Shown here: positions 8,421-17,011 of the stretch, piece after piece
Layout: every line of letters starts with the position of its first letter
Numbering within the stretch: position 1 is the first letter of the stretch
DNA from: Clostridium pasteurianum
Lineage (GTDB): Bacteria > Bacillota > Clostridia > Clostridiales > Clostridiaceae
Assembly (NCBI RefSeq): GCF_001705235.1
Contig: NZ_MCGV01000001.1
Location: forward strand, 3,010,181 to 3,042,180
Direction of reading: 5' to 3'
Length of the DNA: 32,000 nucleotides
Notes under the pieces: generated by a model
Database searches by the model: none
Seen by the model: the letters and a program-made list of their open reading frames with translations, nothing else
Told to the model about the DNA's origin: nothing
Made by a program: the position numbers and the translations under genes

Positions 8421-9269
8421 ATGAAAATTGCTGTTTTGTCAGATATACATGGGAATTTAACTGCTCTTAATGCTGTACTTAAGGATATTAAAAAATTAGG
8501 CATTAATAAGTTTATAATTGCTGGTGACCATATCATAGATTGCCCAAATCCAAATGAAGTATTAGAAAAAATTAAAACTTTAGATGCATATATTATAAAA
8601 GGAAATAGAGAAGAATATTTACTAGATTATTATAAAGGAAAACATGATGAATGGAATAAATATAAGCAGATGGGAGCTATATTATATACATACAATATCA
8701 TAAGTGAAGACAATATGAAATATATTGATGGATTACCAGAACAATTGAGAATTTCCTTACCACAAATGGATGATATAAGAGTAGTGCATGGTTCACCGTA
8801 TAGAATTAATGAGGAACTTTTTCCAGACAAGCATCTTGAAAGGTTAGAAAAAACACTTAAAAATTTAAAAGAGCAAGTTTTAATTTGTGGTCATACACAC
8901 TATGCATGGAGTAAAGAGATAAATAATAAATTAATAGTAAATCCAGGATCTGTGGGTGTTCCATTTAATGAAAATAAATCTGCTGAATACGCTGTTTTAA
9001 CATGGAGTGGTGCTAAGTGGAAAGTTTCCCATCATCAAGTAAAGTATGACTTAAAAGAGTTACAGCAATTGTTTCTTGAAAACAAACTTTTTGAGAAATG
9101 TCAGGCTTGGTCCCGGCTAACACTTCAAAGCATAAAAGAAGGTAGGAATGTAACAATAGAGTTTATTAGATATGCTTATAAATTAGCTCAAAATGGTGGA
9201 GTTAGTGAACCGAAATTTGTGCCGAATAGCATTTGGGATATGGCAGAAAAACTTTGGTTTAATTCTTAA
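8421..9269 (+). CDS. Metallophosphoesterase (calcineurin-like phosphoesterase)
   Basis: DIHGN, GDH, GNRE and GHTH motifs in the canonical order. Confidence 0.85.
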   Translation: MKIAVLSDIHGNLTALNAVLKDIKKLGINKFIIAGDHIIDCPNPNEVLEKIKTLDAYIIKGNREEYLLDYYKGKHDEWNKYKQMGAILYTYNIISEDNMKYIDGLPEQLRISLPQMDDIRVVHGSPYRINEELFPDKHLERLEKTLKNLKEQVLICGHTHYAWSKEINNKLIVNPGSVGVPFNENKSAEYAVLTWSGAKWKVSHHQVKYDLKELQQLFLENKLFEKCQAWSRLTLQSIKEGRNVTIEFIRYAYKLAQNGGVSEPKFVPNSIWDMAEKLWFNS

Positions 9270-9490
9270 GCAAAATAATGTGATTAAAGAAATTAAAAAT
9301 TAAGTATAGTGGCAACTTTTCCTACAATTCACTAAGAAAAACTTTTAAATTTATAAACACCGCAATTCGCACTAATAGTGATGTTATCTTATATTGTGAG
9401 GGTTTCCAAGAGAAAAGTGGCGGAAAATCTGAAATTAAAACTATATAATGCATTAAATTATTTAAATGTTAGAAAAAGTTGTTCGCACTT

Positions 9491-9724
9491 AAAATTCCGT
9501 AGGTACGGAGGAATTTTTACATTGCTTTACTTCTTAAGCCAAATAACAATGATGAAGGAATGATTTAAAAGAATTCTAATAAAGCTTGGTAAAAAAATCA
9601 TAAAATACTTAGTGTTTTTAATTTGTTTGAGCTTTTTCTCAGCGAGTTATTAAAAACACTTAGGATTTTATGATTTTTTTGACTTAGCTTTATAGAATTC
9701 TTTTAATGTTCCTTCATCATTGTT
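9491..9724 (+). repeat. Long-hairpin repeat element, copy 3 (stem-loop 9491-9517, hairpin 9546-9724)
   Basis: Divergent stem-loop AAAATTCCGTAGGTACGGAGGAATTTT. Arms AACAATGATGAAGGAA... / ...TTCCTTCATCATTGTT pair over about 78 nt. The apical loop TTGTTTGAGC-N7-CAGCGAGTTAT matches copies 1 and 2. Upstream CGGAAAATCTGAAATTA (9421-9437) resembles the copy 1 flank. Confidence 0.8.
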
Positions 9725-10340
9725 ACTCGGCTTTTTCAACTAGTTTTGAAAAATATCTTTTTGGTATATAGCCTTGTTTAATTCCCTCCACAACCAATAA
9801 ATAGGTAGCTGTAGTATCAAATCTAGCATCATGAAAGTTTCCGTCTTCTTCAAAGTACTTTTGGCTCATTCTGTTAATATAAGATTCATCTATGCCTAAA
9901 AAGTTTACTACTTCTTCCAGCCTCGGCTTTTTATAATTGCCATGGTTATTTAGAATTTTACATATACCTTTGTAATAATTCATAGTACAAAAAATGTGTT
10001 TTGGATTAAAAGGTTTCTTACATTGAAATAATTCATGTTTCATGAACTTTAAATCAAAATTAACATTATGCCCTATAAAGATATCTGCATTTAGAAAATC
10101 AGGAAGCAAATTTTCTAAACTGTCCTCAAAAGATTTTCCACTACTTAGCTTGTACAAATCATCTACGCTAAAACCGTGAACTTTTTCTGCACTTGGCTCT
10201 ATATAATCAACTGAAAAGAAAAAATTTTCACCAATTGTTTTATTCGGTTTTACATCTGTATCAACAAGGATATAACTTAGCTGACAAATGCTTCCGGGCA
10301 TTAATCCAGTTGTTTCCGTGTCAAAAAATATCATTTTCAT
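9723..10340 (-). CDS. DEDDh 3'-5' exonuclease (DnaQ/PolC-exonuclease-like), stand-alone
   Basis: FFDTETTGL (Exo I), HNVNFDLKF (Exo II), HDARFDT (Exo III, His type). ATG lies 9 nt after AGGAGAC. Confidence 0.85.
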   Translation of the reverse strand: MKMIFFDTETTGLMPGSICQLSYILVDTDVKPNKTIGENFFFSVDYIEPSAEKVHGFSVDDLYKLSSGKSFEDSLENLLPDFLNADIFIGHNVNFDLKFMKHELFQCKKPFNPKHIFCTMNYYKGICKILNNHGNYKKPRLEEVVNFLGIDESYINRMSQKYFEEDGNFHDARFDTTATYLLVVEGIKQGYIPKRYFSKLVEKAE

Positions 10341-10423
10341 AAAAAATCAGGTCTCCTATACTAAAAACTATTTAGTATTATAGAATAAAAAAAAGATAAT
10401 GGCAAATAATGAATAGTATAGAG

Positions 10424-10452
10424 TTGACAATAATGAAATTGTATACTAATAT
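10424..10452 (+). promoter_or_regulatory. Candidate sigma-A promoter for the metG leader
   Basis: TTGACA (10424-10429), 17-nt spacer, TAATAT (10447-10452). Confidence 0.45.
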
Positions 10453-10458
10453 AATTAT

Positions 10459-10748
10459 TAAGTGCATTGATGGGAAGAGTAGTAAATGGAAGCAGTTAAA
10501 GAGAGCTGATGCTTGGTGAGATTCAGCGGTGCTAAGGTTTATGAACATGGCCCCGGAGCAGAATATCTGAAGTTTAGTAGGGTATTACGTTAGCAGACGT
10601 TACACTGCAGGGTGATAAATAATTTTAAGTTAGGAGTCACTTGTTGAGATTTTCATTGTGAGATGAAAATGAATTAGAGTGGTAGAGCGAAATTACGCCT
10701 CTAAATAAGAGTTTATACTTTTATTTAGAGGCTTTTTTATTTAATAAA
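10459..10748 (+). promoter_or_regulatory. T-box riboswitch leader, Met specifier
   Basis: Stem I start GATGGGAAGAGTAG, AGAGAG and GGTGAGA motifs, ATG codons at 10541 and 10546 in the specifier region. T-box sequence AATTAGAGTGGTAGAGCGA (10672-10690). Terminator GCCTCTAAATAAG...TTATTTAGAGGC followed by TTTTTT (10697-10748). Confidence 0.85.
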
Positions 10749-10761
10749 AGGAGTGATTTTA

Positions 10762-12702
10762 ATGGCAGAGAAGAAAAAATTCTATATTACAACGCCTATA
10801 TATTATCCATCTGCAAAGCTGCATATAGGAAACACATATACAACAGTTGCAGCAGATGCACTTGTAAGATTTAAAAGACTTCAAGGTTATGATGCTTTTT
10901 TACTTACAGGTACAGATGAACATGGTCAAAAGATTCAAAGAATTGCAGAAGAAAAGGGTATAACACCAAAAGCTTATGTTGATGAAATTGTTGCAGGAAT
11001 AAAAGACTTATGGAAAATGATGAATATAAGTTATGATAAGTTTATAAGAACCACAGATGATTATCATGTAAAAGCTGTGCAAAAGATATTTAAAAAACTT
11101 TATGATCAAGGTGATATTTACAAGGGGCATTATGAAGGATGGTATTGTACACCGTGTGAATCATTTTGGACTGAAACTCAGCTTGTTGATGGAAAATGCC
11201 CAGATTGCGGTAGACCAGTTGAAAAGACAAAAGAAGAAGCATATTTCTTTAAAATGTCAAAATATGCAGATAAGCTTATAAAATATATAGAAGATCATCC
11301 CGATTTCATACAACCTGAATCTAGAAAACATGAAATGCTAAATAATTTCTTAAAACCAGGGCTTCAGGATTTATGTATTTCAAGAACTTCTTTTGACTGG
11401 GGAATTCCAGTTACATTTGATCCAAAGCATGTAATTTATGTTTGGATGGATGCACTTACAAATTATATAACAGCTCTAGGATATGGTAGTGACGATGACA
11501 CTTTATTTAACAATTATTGGCCTTGTGATTTACATCTTGTAGGGAAAGATATAATAAGGTTCCATACAATATACTGGCCAATTATGCTAATGGCCCTTGG
11601 ACTTCCACTTCCTAAACAAATTTTTGGTCATGGCTGGCTTTTAGTTGACGGTGGAAAAATGTCAAAATCTAAAGGGAATGTTGTAGATCCAGTAGTTCTA
11701 ATAAATGAATTTGGAACAGATCCAGTTAGATATTATCTATTACATGAGATACCATTTGGATCTGATGGTTTATATAACAGCGAAATATTCATAAAGAAAA
11801 TAAATTCAGATCTTGCAAATGATCTTGGAAATCTTGTTTCACGAACTATAGCTATGATTGAAAAATACTTTGATGGAGTAATTCAGCCTCCTTGTGAAAA
11901 AGATGATATAGATAATGAACTAATTGATTTGGCAGTAAATCTTCCAGAAGTTTTAGATAAAGACATAAAGGCTCTTAAAATACCAGAAGCATTAGATCAC
12001 ATATGGGATGTTATAAAAAGAGCAAATAAGTATATAGATGAAACAACTCCTTGGATATTAGCTAAAGATGAAAATAAGAAAAAGAGACTTGGAACTGTAC
12101 TTTATAATTTAGTTGAAAGTCTTAGATTTGTAGCAGCTACAGTAACACCATTTTTACCTGATACAGGTGCAAAGATGAAAAAACAGCTTAATATAGAACT
12201 TGATTCATGGGAAAGCTTATCAGCTTTTGATGGAACAAGAGCTGGAATTAAAGTTTGTAAGGGAGAGGTAATATTCCCTAGAATTGATGTTGACAAAAAA
12301 TTAGAAGAGCTTAACAAAATAAAAGAGGAACAATTGAAGGCTAGCAACAAAAATAAAATGACACCTCTTAAACCGGAAATAACTATAGATGATGTTGATA
12401 AATTAGATTTAAGAGTTGTTAAAGTTCTTGAATGTGAATCGGTAAAAAAATCTAAAAAGCTTCTTAAACTTAAAGTTGAATTAGGTGGAGAAGAGAGACA
12501 GGTGTTATCAGGTATATCTCAATTTTATAAGCCAGAAGAATTGGTTGGCAAGAAGGTTGTGCTTGTGGCTAACTTAAAACCTGCAAAACTCATGGGTCAA
12601 CTTTCGCAGGGCATGATACTTGCTGTGGCAACTGATGACGATAGTAAATTGTATACTGTAGAGATACCGCAAGATATGCCTACTGGAAGTATTATAAGAT
12701 AA
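10762..12702 (+). CDS. metG: Methionyl-tRNA synthetase with C-terminal tRNA-binding domain
   Basis: HIGN (HIGH) and KMSKS motifs, zinc knuckle CTPCESF...CPDCGRP, C-terminal Trbp111/EMAP-like LDLRVVKVLECE. ATG lies 8 nt after AAAGGAG. Confidence 0.97.
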   Translation: MAEKKKFYITTPIYYPSAKLHIGNTYTTVAADALVRFKRLQGYDAFLLTGTDEHGQKIQRIAEEKGITPKAYVDEIVAGIKDLWKMMNISYDKFIRTTDDYHVKAVQKIFKKLYDQGDIYKGHYEGWYCTPCESFWTETQLVDGKCPDCGRPVEKTKEEAYFFKMSKYADKLIKYIEDHPDFIQPESRKHEMLNNFLKPGLQDLCISRTSFDWGIPVTFDPKHVIYVWMDALTNYITALGYGSDDDTLFNNYWPCDLHLVGKDIIRFHTIYWPIMLMALGLPLPKQIFGHGWLLVDGGKMSKSKGNVVDPVVLINEFGTDPVRYYLLHEIPFGSDGLYNSEIFIKKINSDLANDLGNLVSRTIAMIEKYFDGVIQPPCEKDDIDNELIDLAVNLPEVLDKDIKALKIPEALDHIWDVIKRANKYIDETTPWILAKDENKKKRLGTVLYNLVESLRFVAATVTPFLPDTGAKMKKQLNIELDSWESLSAFDGTRAGIKVCKGEVIFPRIDVDKKLEELNKIKEEQLKASNKNKMTPLKPEITIDDVDKLDLRVVKVLECESVKKSKKLLKLKVELGGEERQVLSGISQFYKPEELVGKKVVLVANLKPAKLMGQLSQGMILAVATDDDSKLYTVEIPQDMPTGSIIR

Positions 12703-12734
12703 AAAAATAATCCTCACACGAGGATTATTTTTTG
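12701..12734. terminator. Bidirectional intrinsic terminator between metG and csp
   Basis: A-run, ATAATCCTC-ACAC-GAGGATTAT, T-run. Lies between convergent genes. Confidence 0.8.
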
Positions 12735-12759
12735 TTATAATTTAATTTATATGAAAGGT

Positions 12760-12957
12760 TTAATGTTTTACAACATTAACTGCCTGCTCGCCCTTTTGAC
12801 CTTCAGTTAAATCAAATTCAACTTCTTGACCTTCTTCTAAAGTCTTGAATCCATTGTCTTTGATACCTGAATAATGAACGAATACATCGTTACCTTCTTG
12901 GGTAGTGATGAAACCATATCCTTTCTGAGAATTAAACCATTTAACTGTTCCTAACAT
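12760..12957 (-). CDS. Cold-shock protein (CspA family)
   Basis: [17 protein letters not shown] (RNP1) and VFVHYS (RNP2). ATG lies 8 nt after GGAGG. The ORF-track N-terminal extension was discarded. Confidence 0.95.
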   Translation of the reverse strand: MLGTVKWFNSQKGYGFITTQEGNDVFVHYSGIKDNGFKTLEEGQEVEFDLTEGQKGEQAVNVVKH

Positions 12958-13252
12958 AAAAAAAACCTCCGTAAATTGAATATAAGATGAATAAATTACC
13001 TTCATCCACTTAATAGTATACCACTAAATCTGCATAATATTCACTGTTTTTGTTTAAATTATTATAATATATAAACAGATGATGATTATTAAAGATAATT
13101 TAAGAAATACTTTATTTTTATAATTACATATATAATTAATGCTAAATTATCGCATATATATAGCTATTTAATAAGGATATAACATAGTGATATAATTTAT
13201 TATAAATAAGATTTTGCTTAGAAAATAATTTTACCATAAAGGAGATTTTAAA

Positions 13253-14014
13253 ATGATATTTGATGCTCATGCACATTATGATGATGAACAATTTAATGAA
13301 GATAGAGAGACAGTAATAAGAGAACTTAAAGAAAATGGTATCGTTGGAGTATTAAATTGTGGTGCTTCAATGGAAGGAAGCATAGAATCTGTTAAACTAG
13401 CAGAAAAGTATGATTTTTTTTATGCAGCTGTTGGAATACATCCAGAATATGCAGATAAAGTTGATGATGATTCACTAAAACAAATAGAAAGCCTCACAAA
13501 AAATAGTAAAGTTAAGGCAATTGGTGAAATAGGGCTGGATTATCATTATGATGAAAATCCACCGAGAGAAATCCAAAAGAAAGTTTTTATAAAACAAATG
13601 GAACTAGCAGAAAAGCTTAATTTGCCCGTGATTATTCATGATAGAGATGCTCATGGTGATACACTTAATATAATAAAGAAGTTTCCAGAGGTAAAAGGTG
13701 AAATTCACTGCTTTTCTGGTAGCGTGGAATTTGCAAGAGAATGTTTAAAGCTAGGTTATTATCTTGGATTTACTGGTGTGGTTACTTTTAAAAATGCGAA
13801 AAAAGTAATTGAGGTTGTAAAGGAAGTACCACTCGATAGAATGCTTGTTGAAACCGATTGTCCGTATATGGCACCTGTTCCGGAAAGGGGAAAGAGAAAC
13901 AGGTCTGAATATATTGAATATATAATAGACAAAATAGCAGAGATAAAGAGTATTCTTCCAATAAATGTAAAAGAACAAACTGTACACAATGCCAGGAACT
14001 TGATTAATATATAA
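13253..14014 (+). CDS. tatD: TatD-family metal-dependent DNase/hydrolase (YabD)
   Basis: FDAHAH at the N-terminus, GEIGLDY, IHDRDAH, ETDCPY. Conserved position after metG. Confidence 0.92.
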   Translation: MIFDAHAHYDDEQFNEDRETVIRELKENGIVGVLNCGASMEGSIESVKLAEKYDFFYAAVGIHPEYADKVDDDSLKQIESLTKNSKVKAIGEIGLDYHYDENPPREIQKKVFIKQMELAEKLNLPVIIHDRDAHGDTLNIIKKFPEVKGEIHCFSGSVEFARECLKLGYYLGFTGVVTFKNAKKVIEVVKEVPLDRMLVETDCPYMAPVPERGKRNRSEYIEYIIDKIAEIKSILPINVKEQTVHNARNLINI

Positions 14015-14277
14015 TTTTAGTGTACAATTAGTGCATACTTCATTTCTTAGATAAATCGGATAAGCAATGACATAATGTTTTTTAGGTCATTATCAGAATA
14101 GCATGAATAGTTGTACTTCTAAAAAGTATAACTTTTTCATATAATCATTAATATATCATAATTTATATCAATCTCATAAACGAAAAAATCAGTAACTTTT
14201 TAAACGCTATTATCCTTAAATTTTTAATAAAAATGCTTAGAGCATTTACTGATTTATGTTTATTCAGGCTTTGAAAT

Positions 14278-14307
14278 TTGACATTATTGCAAAATTGTTG
14301 TTATAAT
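14278..14307 (+). promoter_or_regulatory. Sigma-A promoter for yabE
   Basis: TTGACA (14278-14283), 18-nt spacer, TGtTATAAT extended -10 (14299-14307). Confidence 0.6.
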
Positions 14308-14343
14308 GTTAAAGACTTTTGCCTGTTGGGGGGAGGTATATTT

Positions 14344-15411
14344 ATGTTAAAAATGCTGAAAAGTAAGTTTGAGCTTAAGTTAAATTTAAACAAGAGCAAC
14401 TTCAAATCTAAAATTAAAACTTACTTTTCAAGTGGTCCTAGGGTATTAGCCGCATCTTCATTAATAGCTTTGATTGTAGTTGGAATTGTGCTTTTTACAG
14501 TTCATTCCATGAAAAAAGATGTTACTATTAATGTTGATGGTAAAATATTGAAAGTTGTTACGTATAAGAGCAATGAAAAAGATATTTTAAGTAAAAATAA
14601 TGTACTGGTGGGACCAAAGGATAAGATTCAACCAGGGATAGGCACAAAATTAAGAGATGGAGACAAAATATATATAAAAAGGGCAGTAAACATTGAAGTT
14701 GCGGTAGACAAGAAAGTGCGAAAGATTAAATCGGCAGAAAAAACGGTAAATAAAATGCTTAAAGCGGAAAAAATTGCACTTAGCAAAGTAGACAAAGTCA
14801 ATGTTTCAAGGAATGCACCACTAAAAAAGAATATGAAAATTTCTATAACAAGGGTTAATTCTCAGATTATAAATGAAAATCAGCAGATTGATTTTCCAAC
14901 TGAAGTTGTTTCAGATGATAATATGGGAAATGATGAAAAACAAGTTATTCAGCAAGGGCAAGCTGGTCAAAAGGAAGTTTTCACTAAGATAATTTACGAA
15001 GACGGAGTTGCTGTATCAAAAAAAGTGGTGGCTGAAATTGTAAATAAGGAACCTATAAAACAGATCTTTAAAGTTGGAACTTTAGGAGTTTTAAAGCCTG
15101 ATAGAGGTGGACGTGTATTATATAAGTCATCTATCAATGCGCTTGCAACTGCATATACTGATGATTTCGGTTTTGGTATAACAGCATCAGGTACGAAAGT
15201 TAAAAGAGATTCTGGTGGTTATAGCTCTATAGCAGTTGATCCTAGTGTTATTCCGCTTGGCACAAAACTGTATGTTCCTGGCTATGGTTATGGTATTGCA
15301 GAAGATACTGGTGGTGCCATAAAAGGCAATAGAGTGGACTTGTTTTTTACAAGTGAAAAAGATTGCTACAGCTGGGGAGCTAAAGACGTTACAGTATACA
15401 TTCTTAAATAG
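14344..15411 (+). CDS. yabE: YabE-like cell-wall protein (DUF348 / G5 / 3D domains)
   Basis: N-terminal TM segment, DUF348-like VTINVDGK, G5 region (QQGQAGQKEV...KVGT), 3D domain (ASGTKV...IAVDPSVIPLGTKLYV...AEDTGGAIKGNRVDLFF). The ATG at 14344 lies 5 nt after a purine-rich SD (GGGGGGAGG). The ORF-track TTG at 14278 coincides with the promoter -35. Confidence 0.9.
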   Translation: MLKMLKSKFELKLNLNKSNFKSKIKTYFSSGPRVLAASSLIALIVVGIVLFTVHSMKKDVTINVDGKILKVVTYKSNEKDILSKNNVLVGPKDKIQPGIGTKLRDGDKIYIKRAVNIEVAVDKKVRKIKSAEKTVNKMLKAEKIALSKVDKVNVSRNAPLKKNMKISITRVNSQIINENQQIDFPTEVVSDDNMGNDEKQVIQQGQAGQKEVFTKIIYEDGVAVSKKVVAEIVNKEPIKQIFKVGTLGVLKPDRGGRVLYKSSINALATAYTDDFGFGITASGTKVKRDSGGYSSIAVDPSVIPLGTKLYVPGYGYGIAEDTGGAIKGNRVDLFFTSEKDCYSWGAKDVTVYILK

Positions 15412-15432
15412 GAGCTTAGGCTCCTTTTTTTT
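15410..15432 (+). terminator. Intrinsic terminator after yabE
   Basis: AGGAGC-TTAG-GCTCCT followed by eight T. Confidence 0.75.
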
Positions 15433-15459
15433 AATGTTACAAAGCATCGTTAATTCACT
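15426..15459 (+). repeat. Solo fragment homologous to the right-arm end of hairpin element copy 4
   Basis: TTTTTTTAATGTTACAAAGCATCGTTAATTCACT versus 22274-22307 TTTTTTTAATGTTACAAATCAATGTTAATTCGCT. The first 18 nt are identical, about 29 of 34 overall. No complementary left arm is nearby. Confidence 0.6.
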
Positions 15460-15570
15460 TTTTATTGACTTTAGGGTGTTATAGTATAAAATAAATTATA
15501 GAAAATATTTGAAAGGAGAAAAGAATGCTCAGAATAATTATATTTATTTTGAGGAATTCTTTATATATAT

Positions 15571-16128
15571 ATGATTAAAGAAGTAATTGTTGTTGAAGGA
15601 AGAGATGATATAACAGCTGTAAAAAGGGCTGTTAATGCTGAAATGATTGCAGTTGGTGGATTTGGAATAAATGCTAAAGTTATAAGCAAAATAAAAGAAG
15701 CACAGAAAAGATGCGGAGTTATTGTATTTACAGATCCTGATTTTGCAGGTGAAAAGATAAGAAGCATAATAAGTAAAAGAGTTAAAGGAATTAAGCATGC
15801 TCGCATATCGCAAAGTGAAGGTACTAAGAATGGGGACATAGGAGTTGAAAATGCATCGCCAGAAACAATAATGAAGGCTCTTAAAAATGCTAAATGTGAA
15901 GTTCAGAAAAAAGATATTGTTTTTACAATAGATGATATGATATTTTTCAAATTAGTAGGAGATCCTGATGCAAGAAGAAGAAGAGATTTAGTGGGAAATG
16001 AACTAGGAATAGGGTATGCAAATGGAGCACAATTTTTATCGAGACTTAATAATTATGGCATATCAAAAGAGGAAATGATAGAAGCTGTAAATAAAGTCAA
16101 TAGGAGATATTATAATGAAGAAATTTAA
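15571..16128 (+). CDS. rnmV: Ribonuclease M5 (Toprim domain)
   Basis: VIVVEGRDD Toprim start, [12 protein letters not shown], conserved position upstream of rsmA. Confidence 0.92.
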   Translation: MIKEVIVVEGRDDITAVKRAVNAEMIAVGGFGINAKVISKIKEAQKRCGVIVFTDPDFAGEKIRSIISKRVKGIKHARISQSEGTKNGDIGVENASPETIMKALKNAKCEVQKKDIVFTIDDMIFFKLVGDPDARRRRDLVGNELGIGYANGAQFLSRLNNYGISKEEMIEAVNKVNRRYYNEEI

Positions 16129-16948
16129 TACAAAGCAAATAGTATCAAAATATAATTTTAAATTTTCCAAGAAGCTTGGTCAAAATTTTTTAACTGATGA
16201 TACTGTATTGGATGATATAATTGACAATTCTGAAGTTGACAAAAATGATTTTGTTATAGAAATAGGGCCGGGTGTAGGTACATTGACTCATAGGCTTGCA
16301 GATAAGGCTAAACATGTTTGCGCTATAGAGCTTGATGACAGTTTAATTCCAATATTAAAAGAAGAAATGAAGGAGTATGAAAATTTTACATTAATACATA
16401 GTGATGCTTTGAAGGTTGACTTTGATGAGATTATAGGAAATGAGGAGAATGTTAAGTTAGTTGCAAATTTACCGTATTATGTTACTACACCGATAATTTC
16501 AAAACTTCTCAATAATGGTTATAATTTTAAATCACTTACTATAATGATTCAAAAGGAAGTTGGAGATAGAATTGCTGCTAAACCTGATACAAAGGAGTAT
16601 GGAGCACTTTCACTTTTAGTTCAGTATTATTGTGATGTTAAGGTAATAAGAGTTGTAAAACCATCATGTTTTATTCCTCAACCTAAAGTTGATTCACTTA
16701 TTATAAGGCTTGATAAATTACAAAAGCCTAGAATCGTAGTGAAGGATGAAAAGCTATTTTTTAAGGTTATTAGAAGCTCATTTAATATGAGAAGGAAAAC
16801 TTTATGGAATGCAATGAAAGGTTTTAAACTATCCAAGGAAGACTTAGAGCAGGCCTTTAATGATGCAGGTATTGATTCCAAAAGACGTGGTGAAACTTTG
16901 AGTATAGAGGAATTTGGAAAATTATCTGATGAAATATATAAGTATTAG
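16115..16948 (+). CDS. rsmA: 16S rRNA (adenine1518/1519-N6)-dimethyltransferase
   Basis: [18 protein letters not shown] (SAM site), [10 protein letters not shown]. Overlaps the rnmV end by 14 nt. Confidence 0.95.
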   Translation: MKKFNTKQIVSKYNFKFSKKLGQNFLTDDTVLDDIIDNSEVDKNDFVIEIGPGVGTLTHRLADKAKHVCAIELDDSLIPILKEEMKEYENFTLIHSDALKVDFDEIIGNEENVKLVANLPYYVTTPIISKLLNNGYNFKSLTIMIQKEVGDRIAAKPDTKEYGALSLLVQYYCDVKVIRVVKPSCFIPQPKVDSLIIRLDKLQKPRIVVKDEKLFFKVIRSSFNMRRKTLWNAMKGFKLSKEDLEQAFNDAGIDSKRRGETLSIEEFGKLSDEIYKY

Positions 16949-17011
16949 TTCATTTTTTTAAAAAACTTTCATATATTTATAATAAATAAATTTTATGGGA
17001 GGACAAATAAG

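Noticed and set aside
9378-9563. 61-aa plus-strand ORF between the metallophosphoesterase and exonuclease genes
   Set aside because: It has no SD and an odd composition. Its 3' half runs through the stem-loop motif and left arm of hairpin element copy 3. It is best explained as a chance ORF in a non-coding repeat.
12766-12790. GGTTTAATGTTTTAC at the csp stop codon resembles the TTTAATGTT right-arm signature of the hairpin family
   Set aside because: There is no complementary arm, no AGTGAA motif, and the match is short. The sequence is simply the coding end of csp (VNVVKH-stop) read on the opposite strand.
14015-14277. Looked for a cyclic-di-AMP (ydaO-type) riboswitch in the 260-nt spacer upstream of the YabE-like cell-wall gene
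   Set aside because: The spacer is uniformly AT-rich and has none of the G-rich conserved segments of that motif. Only a near-consensus sigma-A promoter is evident at its 3' end.
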